In this document: positions 62,791 through 64,000 of the stretch, in pieces
Numbering within the stretch: position 1 is the first letter of the stretch
How the letters are laid out: each line of letters starts with the position of its first letter
From: an uncultured cyanobacterium
GTDB lineage: Bacteria; Cyanobacteriota; Cyanobacteriia; Cyanobacteriales; Cyanobacteriaceae
Assembly: GCA_963749915.1 (NCBI GenBank)
Contig: CAVVOP010000011.1
Span: forward strand, 23,360 to 87,359
DNA length: 64,000 bases
Reading direction: 5' to 3'
Position numbers and translations under genes: made by a program
Notes under the pieces: generated by a model
Database searches by the model: none
What the model saw: the letters and a program-made list of their open reading frames with translations, nothing else
What the model was told of the DNA's origin: nothing

Positions 62791-63543
62791 ATGCAGTTAA
62801 CTTGGTTAGATAGCAATTCATGGTTAATCGAAATCGCAGGATTGAGAATTTTACTTGATCCTTGGTTAGTAGGTTCTCTGGTGTTTGGGAATGCCACATG
62901 GTTATTTGAAGGGAAAAAACGCACTTCACGGGCAATTCCTGAGAATATTGATCTCATCCTATTATCTCAAGGTTTAGAAGATCATGCCCATCCCCCCACA
63001 TTAGAGATTTTAGACCATAATTTGCCTGTGGTGGGTTCAGAAAATGCGGGAAAGGTTTGTCAAGGGTTGGGTTATACCAACATTAAAACCTTAAAACATG
63101 ATGAAACTTATATTTTTGAGGACAAAATAGCAATACAGGCCATCGCAGGTTCGCCCATAGGACCGGGTTTAGTGGAAAATGGTTATATTCTTAGGGATTT
63201 AAGTAATCAAGAATCCTTATATTATGAGCCTCATGGTTTCCACTCAGCCAATTTACAACGACAAGAAGCGGTAAAAGTGATTATTACCCCATTAACTAAT
63301 ATTAAAATACCCTTTATTGGACCCGTCATCAAAGGACAGGAAAAAGCTGTGGAGGTTTGTAGATGGTTAAAACCGGAATATATCTTATCCACCGCCGCCG
63401 GGGGAGACCTAGAATTTCAAGGTGTCTTAACAAAAGTGTTGAAAGAAGAAGGTTCCATCGATAATTTTCGCGACTTACTCACTAAAGAGAATCTTAACAC
63501 CAAAGTTGTTGAACCCGAACCTTGGGCGATGGTGACAATTTGA
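62791..63543 (+). CDS. MBL-fold hydrolase (UlaG-like)
   Basis: ILLDPWL, SQGLEDHAH, YYEPHG. Confidence 0.85.
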   Translation: MQLTWLDSNSWLIEIAGLRILLDPWLVGSLVFGNATWLFEGKKRTSRAIPENIDLILLSQGLEDHAHPPTLEILDHNLPVVGSENAGKVCQGLGYTNIKTLKHDETYIFEDKIAIQAIAGSPIGPGLVENGYILRDLSNQESLYYEPHGFHSANLQRQEAVKVIITPLTNIKIPFIGPVIKGQEKAVEVCRWLKPEYILSTAAGGDLEFQGVLTKVLKEEGSIDNFRDLLTKENLNTKVVEPEPWAMVTI

Positions 63544-63573
63544 TCGCCCTCTTAGGAACCAGGATTTAATTAC

Positions 63574-64000
63574 TTATTGCTTCTGACCAACACGAGATCT
63601 AGCGATGCGATAACTCAAGATTATTACGGGTAAAATACCTACCAAAATAATAGTCAAGGCCGGGGCGGAGGCTTCCATTAATCTTTCATCGGAGGCGTAC
63701 TGATAAACCCGAACCGCAAGGGTATCAAAGTTAAAAGGGCGCATGACTAAAGTGGCGGGCAACTCCTTCATGACATCCACAAACACCAACATGAGGGCAG
63801 TTAAAACCCCCCCCCACATTAAGGGTAAGTGTACTTTTAAAAGAGTAGAAAACGGGCCATATCCAAGGCTACGGGAAGCATCATCAAGGTTCGGCCTAAT
63901 TTTGCTCAGACTCGATTCAATGGTGTTGAAAGATACGGCCAAAAATCTCACTAAATAAGCGTAAATCAGGCCCACAATCGTACCGCTTAGTAATAATCCG
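63574..64000 (-). CDS. futB: iron(III) ABC transporter permease, 3' part
   Basis: LDDASRSLG EAA loop; KELPATL..RPFNFDTLA...Y.YASDERL. Confidence 0.85.
   Translation of the reverse strand, partial: GLLLSGTIVGLIYAYLVRFLAVSFNTIESSLSKIRPNLDDASRSLGYGPFSTLLKVHLPLMWGGVLTALMLVFVDVMKELPATLVMRPFNFDTLAVRVYQYASDERLMEASAPALTIILVGILPVIILSYRIARSRVGQKQ

Overview
AT-rich cyanobacterial chromosomal segment. There are about 20 HIP1 GCGATCGC octamers plus psaM, chlM, ho1, ndhV, ycf46 and Tic22; the gene style suggests a Geminocystis/Cyanobacterium-like unicell (inference). Positions 1-54341 are mostly housekeeping: trpD (partial), a GH57 branching enzyme, tolC, a double PTPS, the rpmH-rnpA-yidC-jag-yceD-ycf46 operon, prlC, nurA, priA, gshA, tRNA-Thr(TGT), crtE, tex, ribF, an OSBS/NSAR-flotillin-NfeD cluster, purK, a surface-polysaccharide cluster, ygfZ, ho1, chlM, psaM and pyrB. 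Small foreign inserts interrupt this part: a GC-rich PII-like/sterol-desaturase pair, Uma2 genes and an IS1634 end. Positions ~54340-62760 are a decayed mosaic island: CAAX, ParB-like and plasmid-like fragments, IS630 nested in IS1634, broken hsdS/hsdM, and ISAzo13 and tnpB remnants. Within it only two toxin-antitoxin pairs and one Uma2 gene look intact. The most notable observations are: a 23-nt double-mini-hairpin element inserted precisely into a HIP1 site and breaking a gene; a probable GDP-heptose-modifying pathway; an intact TA pair between ruined hsdS and hsdM; an orphan SbtB/PII-like gene paired with a lipid desaturase/hydroxylase; and a frameshift separating tolC from its signal peptide. 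All calls come from motif recognition by eye, without database searches.
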